Positions 11,093-19,320 of a stretch of DNA of 57,750 nt are shown here, piece by piece. Position numbers and translations under genes: made by a program. Under the pieces are notes generated by a model. That model ran no database searches and was not told where the DNA came from. It saw only the letters and a program-made list of their open reading frames with translations. The stretch covers positions 1 to 57,750 of the forward strand of contig DUMD01000024.1 of NCBI GenBank assembly GCA_012840065.1. The letters are read 5' to 3'. Each line of letters starts with the position of its first letter. Position 1 is the stretch's first letter. Source of the DNA: Clostridia bacterium. Its GTDB lineage: Bacteria > Bacillota > DUMD01.

Positions 11093-12205
11093 CTAAGTTC
11101 TCTTGATAAAATATTTTCCTGGCAACTGGCAAACAAATCCTTTCAGTTCAAGATATAGAAGACCACTTATTACCTTATCCAATTCTAAATCACTCTGTTG
11201 AATTATTTCTTCTAAAGAAATAGGTTCGTAATCAATGCAAGAAAGTAATATTTTTTCACTTTCTTCTAATTCTAGATTACTTTTATCCTGTCTATTTCTA
11301 CTAACATGATTATTATTGACAACTTGCCCATATTCTTCCAAAATATCATTTACTTCTGTTACCAATTTCGCCCCTTGTTTTAAGAGATTATTCGTTCCTT
11401 TGCTAAGAGGATTGTTAATATTCCCAGGCAAAGCAAATACATCTCTCCCCTGTTCCAGAGCAAAATCCGCTGTTATTAAAGCTCCACTTTTTTCAGCTGC
11501 TTCCACAACAAGAACCCCCATTGATAAACCGCTTATTATTCTGTTGCGACGGGGAAAATTTTCGGCATTAGGGGGTGTATCTAAAGGATACTCACTTAGG
11601 ATTAAACCGGTTTCCTCAATTCTTGATGCAATTTTTTTATTTTCCCTTGGATAAATTATATTTAAACCACTGCCTAAAACTGCTACCGTTCTGCCGCCAT
11701 TATCAAGGGCAGCTTTGTGGGCAACAGTATCTATGCCTCTTGCCAACCCACTAATAATAGAAAAACCATATTCAACTAAACCTTTAGTTATTTGTTCTGC
11801 TGCTTTCATTCCTGAATAGCTAGCCTTTCTGGAACCGACAACCGCCAGGGAATAATTATCCTGATTAGATAAACTGCCTTTATAATATAAGATTACCGGC
11901 GGATTGTAAATATGTTTAAGGTTTTCCGGATATTGGTCAGAATAAATACTAACTATTCTAGTATTGTGTTTTAAAAGTTTTTCCCATTCCCTTTCTAAAT
12001 AAATTTTTTTTCGTTCCCTAACAATTTGCTTAGCTATCTCTTCTCCAATTCCTGGAACAAGCAATAAACTGTCGTATTCAGCTAACCAGGCACTTTTAAA
12101 ATCACCAAAATAATCAACCATCCTTCTTATCCTTATATTGCCCAGACCAGGAATTAAAGTTAAACCAAGCAAATATTGTGAACAGTTTTCATTCACCCAG
12201 AACAC
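11093..12205 (-). CDS. dprA: DNA processing protein DprA (Smf)
   Basis: Rossmann-like core VVGSRKASYSGMKAAEQI...GLARGIDTVAHKAAL...GALITADFALEQGRDVFALPG; upstream of topA as in Bacillus. Confidence 0.92.
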   Translation of the reverse strand: MFWVNENCSQYLLGLTLIPGLGNIRIRRMVDYFGDFKSAWLAEYDSLLLVPGIGEEIAKQIVRERKKIYLEREWEKLLKHNTRIVSIYSDQYPENLKHIYNPPVILYYKGSLSNQDNYSLAVVGSRKASYSGMKAAEQITKGLVEYGFSIISGLARGIDTVAHKAALDNGGRTVAVLGSGLNIIYPRENKKIASRIEETGLILSEYPLDTPPNAENFPRRNRIISGLSMGVLVVEAAEKSGALITADFALEQGRDVFALPGNINNPLSKGTNNLLKQGAKLVTEVNDILEEYGQVVNNNHVSRNRQDKSNLELEESEKILLSCIDYEPISLEEIIQQSDLELDKVISGLLYLELKGFVCQLPGKYFIKRT

Positions 12206-12271
12206 CTCTTTTCAAAACCAAATTGCTAAAGAAAAAGGTAATCGGATTTCCGATCACCTTTAATATTAATC

Positions 12272-13606
12272 TTAGATATTACTTAAATATAAATCGTTTT
12301 CCGAATCCTGTAGATACACGAAATCGGATTTTTCATTTTTCTTCAGTTTATGAAACTCCTCAAGACCAACTTCTTGACAACTACGACAAGCATGATGGGG
12401 TATCAGAACAATATGGGCAGTTTGTTTTCTCCCTGTAAATAGCCTAGCCTTAGAAGTTATCAGACGGTAACCGGTACACTCAGAACAGCGATATATCTTC
12501 TCCTTTTGCTCTTCCTGAATTCCATCGGTATCGTAATATATTCTTCTATAACGTTCATAATATCTTCCTTTTCCAAAAATCTTATTTAGATCTACTGAAT
12601 TTCTTTTACTCCAAATTGTCTGCAATTGTTCCACAGTCCTTTTTATCTGTTCCGTAACCCGATCACTCTGCAAACGACGTTCAGGATAATAATCAGGTTC
12701 CTTTACATAGCTATAATCAATTCCAGCCATAGCAAGAATTATACCCACATTTACATAAGGAAGTGCCCCTTCAATAGAATATCCTCCCTGCAAAACTGCA
12801 ATGTCAGGTTTCAACTTTTCATTTAGCTGTGCATATCCCTGGGCTGATATTTTCATGTTTGTTAAAGGATCGGTATAATGATTATCCTGACCAGCAGCAT
12901 TAATAACCAAATCCGGCTTAAATTCTTCCAATACCGGTAGCACAAAATTATCCAACACATAATGTAATCCTTCATCAGTAGTATTTGGCGGAAGAGGAAC
13001 ATTAAGAGTGGAAGCAAAAGCACCTGGTCCACCTAATTCATCCACAAAACCTGTTCCTGGATATAATGTTCTTCCATCCTGATGAATAGAAATATGTAGC
13101 ACCTCAGGATCGTTATAATAAATATCCTGGGTTCCATCGGCATGATGGGCATCAGTGTCTACAAAAGCGATTTTTAAGTGGTTTCCATATTTTTTTCTAA
13201 TATATTCTACCATGATCGACTCATTATTAATATTGCAAAAACCTCTTGCACCATGTACAACCCTCATTGCATGGTGTCCGGGAGGACGAACTAAAGCAAA
13301 TGCGTTTTTAACCTCTCCTTGTAAAACTGCATCAGCAGCGGCAATTGCTCCTCCTGCTGAGATTAAATGCGACTCGGTAGCCACCGCCGAAACATTAGGT
13401 ACACAAATATGTACCCTCTGGACATCTTTTTCACTGGCTATTCCTGCTCTATATTCCTTAATATTTGGCAGATCCATAATCCCCTCTTCAAAAATTTGAT
13501 CCCTTGTATATAACAACCTTTCTTCCCGTTCAGGATGAGTAGCTGAAATTGCCCAGTCAAAAGCAGGAAAGAAAACTAGTCCAGTACCTTTATTAGCTCT
13601 TTTCAT
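12272..13606 (-). CDS. Histone deacetylase/acetoin-utilization (AcuC/Aph)-family Zn hydrolase with extra C-terminal CxxC...CxxC zinc-ribbon tail
   Basis: Catalytic motifs RPPGHHA, FVDTDAHHADGTQ and LQGGYS are present. The last ~100 aa contain CSECTGY...HHACRSCQ. The ATG overlaps the stop of the upstream gene (ATGA). Confidence 0.8.
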   Translation of the reverse strand: MKRANKGTGLVFFPAFDWAISATHPEREERLLYTRDQIFEEGIMDLPNIKEYRAGIASEKDVQRVHICVPNVSAVATESHLISAGGAIAAADAVLQGEVKNAFALVRPPGHHAMRVVHGARGFCNINNESIMVEYIRKKYGNHLKIAFVDTDAHHADGTQDIYYNDPEVLHISIHQDGRTLYPGTGFVDELGGPGAFASTLNVPLPPNTTDEGLHYVLDNFVLPVLEEFKPDLVINAAGQDNHYTDPLTNMKISAQGYAQLNEKLKPDIAVLQGGYSIEGALPYVNVGIILAMAGIDYSYVKEPDYYPERRLQSDRVTEQIKRTVEQLQTIWSKRNSVDLNKIFGKGRYYERYRRIYYDTDGIQEEQKEKIYRCSECTGYRLITSKARLFTGRKQTAHIVLIPHHACRSCQEVGLEEFHKLKKNEKSDFVYLQDSENDLYLSNI

Positions 13607-15300
13607 TTTGACACCGCCTCTTTATCTATAGATATCATGCTTGAAATTCCAGGTTTAATCTGTGCTGTTATATCCATAATCCGCCCAACAGTATAAAAAC
13701 CATCTACAACATTAAAACTTTGACTCTCAGTTATTTCAACATCTAAATCAGATCTAGGAATACTCATTTCGGAAGCTTTCTTACGAATCCAATCCACAGC
13801 CATAGCTTCAGCTTCATTAATTGTAATCCTACTACTACTGCTTAATGTTTCCCTGTAACTATATTCAGGAATACTTAAAAATCCCTCTGCAGTATCAACC
13901 CTAAGAGTTATAATAGCCGTGGTTCTTGCACAGCCAGCACCAATAGCATTAGCAACTGTCGTATCCTTAGGTATGCTATAAAGCCAATTAAGCTCCGAAG
14001 CAATTAAAGGAATAATAAGGTGAGCAGGTCCTCCAATTCCAATTAAGAGATCAGGATTTAAAGTAAAATTTTCTAAAAGTTCGTGAATTGTATATACAGG
14101 TTGATCCTTAAATTCATTAATAGCTTCATTAATATGTCCAATAATTATCTTCTTAACTTTATCCAGTACCATCTCTGCTACTTCTTTCACTTCTAAACCA
14201 AGTGAATTTGCTATTCCCTGATAAGCAGCAACGGCTAATTCCCTTTTACCTAAATCAGTAAGATTTAGAACAGAAAAAGCATCGGTAGGAGTAGGACAGG
14301 GACCACCTAGGCAAGCAGCAGGCCCCATTCTTTCCGGGCCAATCTTTAATTGATCACCAACTAGACTAACCACGCTGTCCCCACCTAAACCAAAAGACTT
14401 TGTATACAAAGCCCTTACTAAAGTTTTATAATCCCCAATAATCGCCCCCTTAGGCTGAAAAAGTGGAACATTATCAACTAAAATAGCTAAATCCGTGGTA
14501 GTTCCACCTATATCCAAAACAATAGCAGTACCATTATAATCTACCAAACTAATTGCCCCCATAATGCTGGCAGCCGGTCCAGACAAAGCCGTTTCTACCG
14601 GCTTGTGCAATGAATTAATTAATTCTACCGTACCACCATCAGCCTTTAATAAATAAACAGGAGCAGAAATATTTCTAATCTTTAAAGCATCCTGAATTGA
14701 ATAAACAAAATTCTTATGTATTTTTTTGATTTTAGTACTTAAATAAGCTGTTGCAACTCTTCTAGGAAAGTTTAAACTCCCAGAAAGAGTATGGCCTAAT
14801 ACTACGTCTTCTATCTGAGGATAATTCTTTCTGATTATTCTCTCCACAGCCAATTCATGCTTGTTATTACGGGTTGAAAATTTACCTACAACTGCGATAT
14901 ACTTAATATTCTTTTCCTTTAATTTTTCAATCCCTCGAATAATTTCCTCTTCATAAATAGGCGCTACTTCTCTTCCTCGATGATCAATATATCCTGAAAG
15001 AATTACATTTTCTTCCCCAATAAGCAAAGTTTGAGGATTAATGCCAGGACCAGGCAAAATAAATAACCCTACTTTTTCCCCCTTATTTTCTACAATTGCG
15101 TTAGTTGTCAGTGTAGTACTTAAATTTACTTTTTCTATCTGCTCAACAGGACAACCTTGAATTACTTGATCAATAGCCTGCAACACACATTCTAAAAGAT
15201 CCTCCTTTTTAGTTGGCACTTTAGCTGATCCAACAACACCCGTTGAATCCAATAACACGGCATCAGTGTGGGTTCCCCCAACATCAATAGCTAGGATCAT
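13603..15300 (-). CDS. Hydantoinase/oxoprolinase (HyuA-type, actin-fold ATPase) family protein
   Basis: MILAIDVGGTHTDAVLLD N-terminal phosphate-1 motif and DIGGTTTDLA second motif. ATG at 15300 is preceded by GGAGGCG; no HyuB partner in the window. Confidence 0.78.
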   Translation of the reverse strand: MILAIDVGGTHTDAVLLDSTGVVGSAKVPTKKEDLLECVLQAIDQVIQGCPVEQIEKVNLSTTLTTNAIVENKGEKVGLFILPGPGINPQTLLIGEENVILSGYIDHRGREVAPIYEEEIIRGIEKLKEKNIKYIAVVGKFSTRNNKHELAVERIIRKNYPQIEDVVLGHTLSGSLNFPRRVATAYLSTKIKKIHKNFVYSIQDALKIRNISAPVYLLKADGGTVELINSLHKPVETALSGPAASIMGAISLVDYNGTAIVLDIGGTTTDLAILVDNVPLFQPKGAIIGDYKTLVRALYTKSFGLGGDSVVSLVGDQLKIGPERMGPAACLGGPCPTPTDAFSVLNLTDLGKRELAVAAYQGIANSLGLEVKEVAEMVLDKVKKIIIGHINEAINEFKDQPVYTIHELLENFTLNPDLLIGIGGPAHLIIPLIASELNWLYSIPKDTTVANAIGAGCARTTAIITLRVDTAEGFLSIPEYSYRETLSSSSRITINEAEAMAVDWIRKKASEMSIPRSDLDVEITESQSFNVVDGFYTVGRIMDITAQIKPGISSMISIDKEAVSK

Positions 15301-15421
15301 TAAATCGCCTCCATCCAACATTAACAATATTGTTTTCCAGAATTATCTAACAACTATTTATTTAAGGTTAACACTGATATTAATCTTCGTCAAGCTAGCC
15401 GCTCTTATCTTCTTTCAAAAC

Positions 15422-15454
15422 AAAAAAAGAGCGGACTTAAATCGCTCTTTTTTT
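15422..15454 (-). terminator. Intrinsic (bidirectional-looking) terminator downstream of tRNA-Arg
   Basis: A7-AGAGCG-gacttaaat-CGCTCT-T7. Confidence 0.75.
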
Positions 15455-15497
15455 AATATAAAAAATATACCTATTTTTAACTTATAAACCTCTTGTA

Positions 15498-15572
15498 TGG
15501 TGCGCCTGGCAGGAATCGAACCTGCGCACCTGGCTCCGGAGGCCAGTGCTCTATCCACTGAGCTACAGGCGC
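15498..15572 (-). tRNA. tRNA-Arg (anticodon CCG)
   Basis: Reverse complement GCGCCTGTAGCTCAGTGGATAGAGCACTGGCCTCCGGAGCCAGGTGCGCAGGTTCGATTCCTGCCAGGCGCACCA folds as a cloverleaf: 7-bp acceptor, D arm GCTC/GAGC, anticodon loop CUCCGGA, T arm GCAGG/CCTGC with TTCGATT, encoded CCA. Confidence 0.95.
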
Positions 15573-15689
15573 AATTAAGACAATAAGTATTATAACACGA
15601 TCATTTTGAAAAAACAAGTATTTATGATCTTTAAACTTAAAAACCAGAACAAGGTGAAATTAAATTCATAAGCTCAAGAACTTTATAAC

Positions 15690-15914
15690 TTATTCATTTT
15701 GTTCATGTTGAAAAATTCTAATAAGTTTTTCTACCATTTCATTTTTTTCCTGATATGATTCCTCCCGGTCTGTGGTTACTAAAAAATTTATTACATCTCC
15801 TACAATTACCCCTTTAGGCAAAAGAGCAATAGGAAGATTCACCTTAATTTCATTTTCACCTACTAGCAATACAGCATATTCATTTTCTATACTCTGAACA
15901 ATTGCCTTCATCAT
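15690..15914 (-). CDS. DUF3006-like small protein
   Basis: 74 aa. N-terminal beta-rich part (EYAVLLVGENEIKVNLPIALLPKGVIVGDVINF) resembles the second DUF3006-type ORF at 30415-30627. Confidence 0.6.
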   Translation of the reverse strand: MMKAIVQSIENEYAVLLVGENEIKVNLPIALLPKGVIVGDVINFLVTTDREESYQEKNEMVEKLIRIFQHEQNE

Positions 15915-16084
15915 TCCGCCCCCATCTTGTCTTTTATAATATTATACTTTATTATTATTTTTTAAACAATATAACCTAGTCTTGCAACAATATTCAAAAA
16001 ATTTAGACAACCGCAAAATTCTGCAATATCCATCAAAATTTGTACTTTATAATAAATTTAAATGAGGTTAAGGAAGTGATAAAG

Positions 16085-16168
16085 ATGTCCTACTTTACAA
16101 CTGTATTACTAGGCACTTGCGGACTGTTATCCATTTTATTGCTAGCATGCAGATTTCTCAAATCCTAA
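16085..16168 (+). CDS. Candidate 27-aa hydrophobic peptide (MSYFTTVLLGTCGLLSILLLACRFLKS)
   Basis: Found by reading the intergenic region: RBS AAGGAAG 7 nt before the ATG, a single predicted TM helix with a basic C-terminus, and a strong hairpin terminator 85 nt downstream. Below the ORF-track size cutoff. Confidence 0.3.
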   Translation: MSYFTTVLLGTCGLLSILLLACRFLKS

Positions 16169-16251
16169 GACAATTAAAAGCTAGAGAATTTGGGATAACG
16201 GCATTTATTGTAAATGAGTATTTTCTTTGTTAAAAACATCTAAGACTATTT

Positions 16252-16278
16252 AAAAAGTCTCCCTGAGGGAGACTTTTT
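16252..16278. terminator. Bidirectional intrinsic terminator between convergent genes
   Basis: AAAAA-GTCTCCC-tga-GGGAGAC-TTTTT. Confidence 0.8.
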
Positions 16279-16305
16279 AAATTCTTCGCCTATATAAAAC
16301 TTTGA

Positions 16306-16644
16306 TTAATTTTTTCTATTGTCTCGAGAAGACTTATCAACACAGTTGATAGGTTTCCTTGCCAGACCGGTTTTATACAAAGCCTCAAAAATAACATTGC
16401 TTCCACCTGCTATAAACAGCCCTGTTAAAATTTGATCGGCCCATACCCAGCGGACTTCAAAACCAATTTTATTTAAAATACCAGCTTTAGATACAAATGC
16501 CACAATAAGACCTACTGCAATTGCAATAATCCCACTATATTTATCACCAATAACCCGTTTTATATTATGGGTTATTACCTGTGCTACTGCAGCTAATAAG
16601 AATAATCCTAAAAAATGAATCGTAATCCCTGCATCCTCAAACAA
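16306..16644 (-). CDS. Small three-TM membrane protein, holin-like (A118 Hol-type pattern)
   Basis: 112 aa, TTG start after GGGGTGA. The pattern ...AVAQVITHNIKRVIGDKYSGIIAIAVGLIVAF... and ...ILTGLFIAGGSNVIFEALYK plus a charged tail resembles listerial A118-type holins by eye. Confidence 0.45.
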   Translation of the reverse strand: MFEDAGITIHFLGLFLLAAVAQVITHNIKRVIGDKYSGIIAIAVGLIVAFVSKAGILNKIGFEVRWVWADQILTGLFIAGGSNVIFEALYKTGLARKPINCVDKSSRDNRKN

Positions 16645-16735
16645 CCACTATCACCCCTAACCATAACTCAAATATAGAGCACTTCTAATCTATTATATGC
16701 AGAGACATGCAGGAATTTTTTATTTTATTAAAAAA

Positions 16736-16771
16736 ACTAAAAACCTTTCACCTCCAAGTGAAAGGTTTTTA
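16736..16771 (-). terminator. Intrinsic terminator after the PG-binding/LysM gene
   Basis: AAACCTTTCAC-ctccaa-GTGAAAGGTTT, an 11-bp stem flanked by A/T runs. Confidence 0.75.
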
Positions 16772-16783
16772 TCAACTGATTAG

Positions 16784-17779
16784 TTATTCTCCAGCTGCCT
16801 TCCGTACCATTGCTTGATGATTAGGATCAACTTTATTTGAACTATGAGTTTTACTACCTAAAAAGTGAAGATCAAAATGTCCATCCATTCCATTACCTTT
16901 TACTTTGTCTAAATTAGTTCCTGTTCCATAACCCCCACTTCTACCACTTACATTTACTCCGTAAGGTTTATCATCCCTCCCAGCATGAGGCATTCCAGCC
17001 ATAGATGCTGCAATTCTCCTGCCATTAACTGTAACAACTACTGCCCGCCTATTCCAACTCCAATTTCCTCCGTATATCCTCTTCATAATTTGTGTATCTT
17101 GCAAAGAAAGAGGTTCACAGTCTGCATGATTATAACCACCTGTTCTCCTAATTTGAAAACTCAGTCCAGTTTCTAAATCTGTTATAGTAGCTATACCATC
17201 CCGAGGAAAAATATTCTCGACTTGTCCAAACCAAGGAAGTAATTCCCCATAGCCTGGCTTTACTCTTTCTCCTCTGGAAACCTGACTGTCAGAAGGAACG
17301 ACAAGCTTCTGCCCAACTTGAAGCATAGTAGATTGTAAACCATTCAATTGGGATAAAGTGTCTACATCAGTATTAAATTTTTGAGCAATTAGCCAAAGAG
17401 TATCACCTTTTTCAACTATGTAATATGTAGTTTCCGATCTGTTTCCTCCCCTAGATGCTAAGTTGCTTTCTCCCGCGTTTTCTAATTTTTTCCAGGTTTG
17501 GGAACCAACAATTCCATCCACTTTCAACCCGTTGGCCCTTTGAAACTCCTTTACTGCCTCCAGAGTAATTGTTCCAAAATAAGCAGTTGGTTCAACGCGG
17601 AAATAATTTAATTCCCGCAGTCTTTCCTGTAAAATTTGGACATTTGTCCCTCTCATCCCAAACTTTAATAACTGCTGAGGAGCACTAAAGTTTGCTGCCA
17701 CAGCTTGTCCACCATGAAGACATGTAAAAAAAATAGACATATTTAAGCCTGCTACAATTAAAGATTTCTTAAAATTCAT
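16784..17779 (-). CDS. Secreted peptidoglycan-binding protein (PG_binding_1 + LysM + uncharacterised C-terminal domain), putative cell-wall hydrolase
   Basis: Signal peptide; PG_binding_1 repeat (GTNVQILQERLRELNY...FQRANGLKVDGIVGSQTWKKL); LysM (YYIVEKGDTLWLIAQKFNTDVDTLSQLNGL...GQKLVVP). The C-terminal ~170 aa contain His/Asp-rich GHFDLHF. Confidence 0.8.
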   Translation of the reverse strand: MNFKKSLIVAGLNMSIFFTCLHGGQAVAANFSAPQQLLKFGMRGTNVQILQERLRELNYFRVEPTAYFGTITLEAVKEFQRANGLKVDGIVGSQTWKKLENAGESNLASRGGNRSETTYYIVEKGDTLWLIAQKFNTDVDTLSQLNGLQSTMLQVGQKLVVPSDSQVSRGERVKPGYGELLPWFGQVENIFPRDGIATITDLETGLSFQIRRTGGYNHADCEPLSLQDTQIMKRIYGGNWSWNRRAVVVTVNGRRIAASMAGMPHAGRDDKPYGVNVSGRSGGYGTGTNLDKVKGNGMDGHFDLHFLGSKTHSSNKVDPNHQAMVRKAAGE

Positions 17780-17799
17780 AAAAACACTCCTCTCTTTAA

Positions 17800-17924
17800 G
17801 CCTACGAGGTTAGTTGACGGGTTCGGGAAAAGAGTAACCCGGCCGTAAAATACGGCTTCACCCCTGATCATAAGATCCTTATCCCCCGCTCCTTTAATAA
17901 GGATTCGGCATAAAACCCATGTGC
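17800..17924 (-). promoter_or_regulatory. ydaO/yuaA-type c-di-AMP riboswitch
   Basis: Minus strand reads ...GCCGAAUCC...AGGAGCGGGGGAUAAGGAUC...AGGGGUGAAGCCGUAUUUUACGGCCGGGUUACUCUUUUCCCGAACCCGUCAACUAACCUCGUAGGC. It carries the family signatures GAGCGGGGGA, GGGGUGAA and CCCGAACCCGUCAxCUAACCUCGUAxGC, and ends ~20 nt before the ATG. Confidence 0.85.
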
Positions 17925-17926
17925 CT

Positions 17927-17956
17927 ACTATATCAATTTGCGCCACATTATGTCAA
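17927..17956 (-). promoter_or_regulatory. Candidate sigma-A promoter for the riboswitch-LysM transcript
   Basis: Minus strand TTGACA (17956-17951), 18 nt, TATAGT (17932-17927), immediately 5' of the aptamer. Confidence 0.5.
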
Positions 17957-18263
17957 TCGAAAAATGTCGTTTTCTTAAATAAAAATAAAATTTTTGTTAA
18001 TTTGGTTAATAATTATAAACTAAATAATTTTTAACAAACCATATTAATTAAATAAATTTTAAACTATCAAAAAAATAATTATAAATAATCATAAATCTCT
18101 AAATTAATTATTTGTTCTAAATTATTTCAAACCACCAAAGGATATTTCTCAAATTCTCCTTTACTAATTAAGTCTGTTTAGTTTCTTAAGAATAACTCAT
18201 TTTCATTTCTGGTTTTACTAGTAAGGTTGTTATATAATACTAAAAATAGAGGTGGTAAAATAA

Positions 18264-18839
18264 ATGAAAAATCAACTAAGAAAAATAATTCTCCAACGAA
18301 GAGACAATTTAAAACCTGAAGAAAGACTTTCTTTAAGCAAACAAATCTGGACTTCTTTATTTACTCTCCCTGAATTTCTAAAAGCAAAACATATAATGAT
18401 TTATTTAAACTTCGGTAGTGAAGTAGAAACAATCCCATTTATTGACGATTTATTCTCTCAGAATAAAAATGTTTATGCTCCGGTTACAAACACTAAAAAC
18501 AAATCTCTAACAATTTATCCTATAATAAAGGATAAAACTAAATTGTTTAAAGGATCCTATGGAATTCCGGAACCGGAAAAAGTTAATGGTCCAATTAACC
18601 CCTCTCAAATTGATCTTATTATTGTCCCGGGGGTTGTTTTTGACTTTGACTGCCAGCGTATTGGCTATGGGGCAGGCTATTACGATCGTTTTCTGCAGTC
18701 TGTTAGCCCTTCTGCAACAATTCTGGGTATCGCTTATGACTTGCAATTAGTGAAGAAAATAAAGACAGACAAACATGACTTACCGATGGATCTAGTGGTA
18801 ACCGAAAAAAGAATTATCAACAGAAAAAATAAATCCTAG
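18264..18839 (+). CDS. 5-formyltetrahydrofolate cyclo-ligase
   Basis: 191 aa with the LR..ILQRRDNL start, ...VYAPV... and C-terminal GYGAGYYDRFL motif. Confidence 0.88.
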   Translation: MKNQLRKIILQRRDNLKPEERLSLSKQIWTSLFTLPEFLKAKHIMIYLNFGSEVETIPFIDDLFSQNKNVYAPVTNTKNKSLTIYPIIKDKTKLFKGSYGIPEPEKVNGPINPSQIDLIIVPGVVFDFDCQRIGYGAGYYDRFLQSVSPSATILGIAYDLQLVKKIKTDKHDLPMDLVVTEKRIINRKNKS

Positions 18840-19320
18840 AATCAATTCTTTTTACAGTATTTCCCAGGCAATTTTTTACTATTTTACCCCTTACTTTCCA
18901 TTAATATACCATTTTAATAAATAATGTATAAATAAATACTGTACATTAATAATTAATTTTCCTGCAAATCGCTAAAGTTAAATAATATTTACTAATTCTT
19001 GGAATAATACCCCTTGTTTTTATAAAAACTTCATATATAATATAATGATTGAAACAAACCTTCCCCAGCTAGCTTTATTTAAATTGCTAACTGTACACAA
19101 TAGAAAAGGAAGAAACTTTTAATTAAGATACTCAGAAATAAAAATATTCCCTAATATTAAAATAAATTCTATGGAGACAAATCATAAAAATTAACAAATG
19201 CAAAAATATTTGGATTATATTTATATATAACGATCCCTAAGTAAGTCTTCTTACCTGGGGCCTAATTTTTTATTATCCAAAAAAACAAACAAACTTACTT
19301 AGTAAAAAAGGAGGACAATT

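Noticed and set aside
18840-19320. Looked for an M-box (Mg) or yybP-ykoY (Mn) riboswitch ahead of the P-type ATPase.
   Set aside because: No GGGGAGUAG/ACAUA-type or M-box conserved blocks. Only the simple hairpin pair reported as a low-interest finding was seen.
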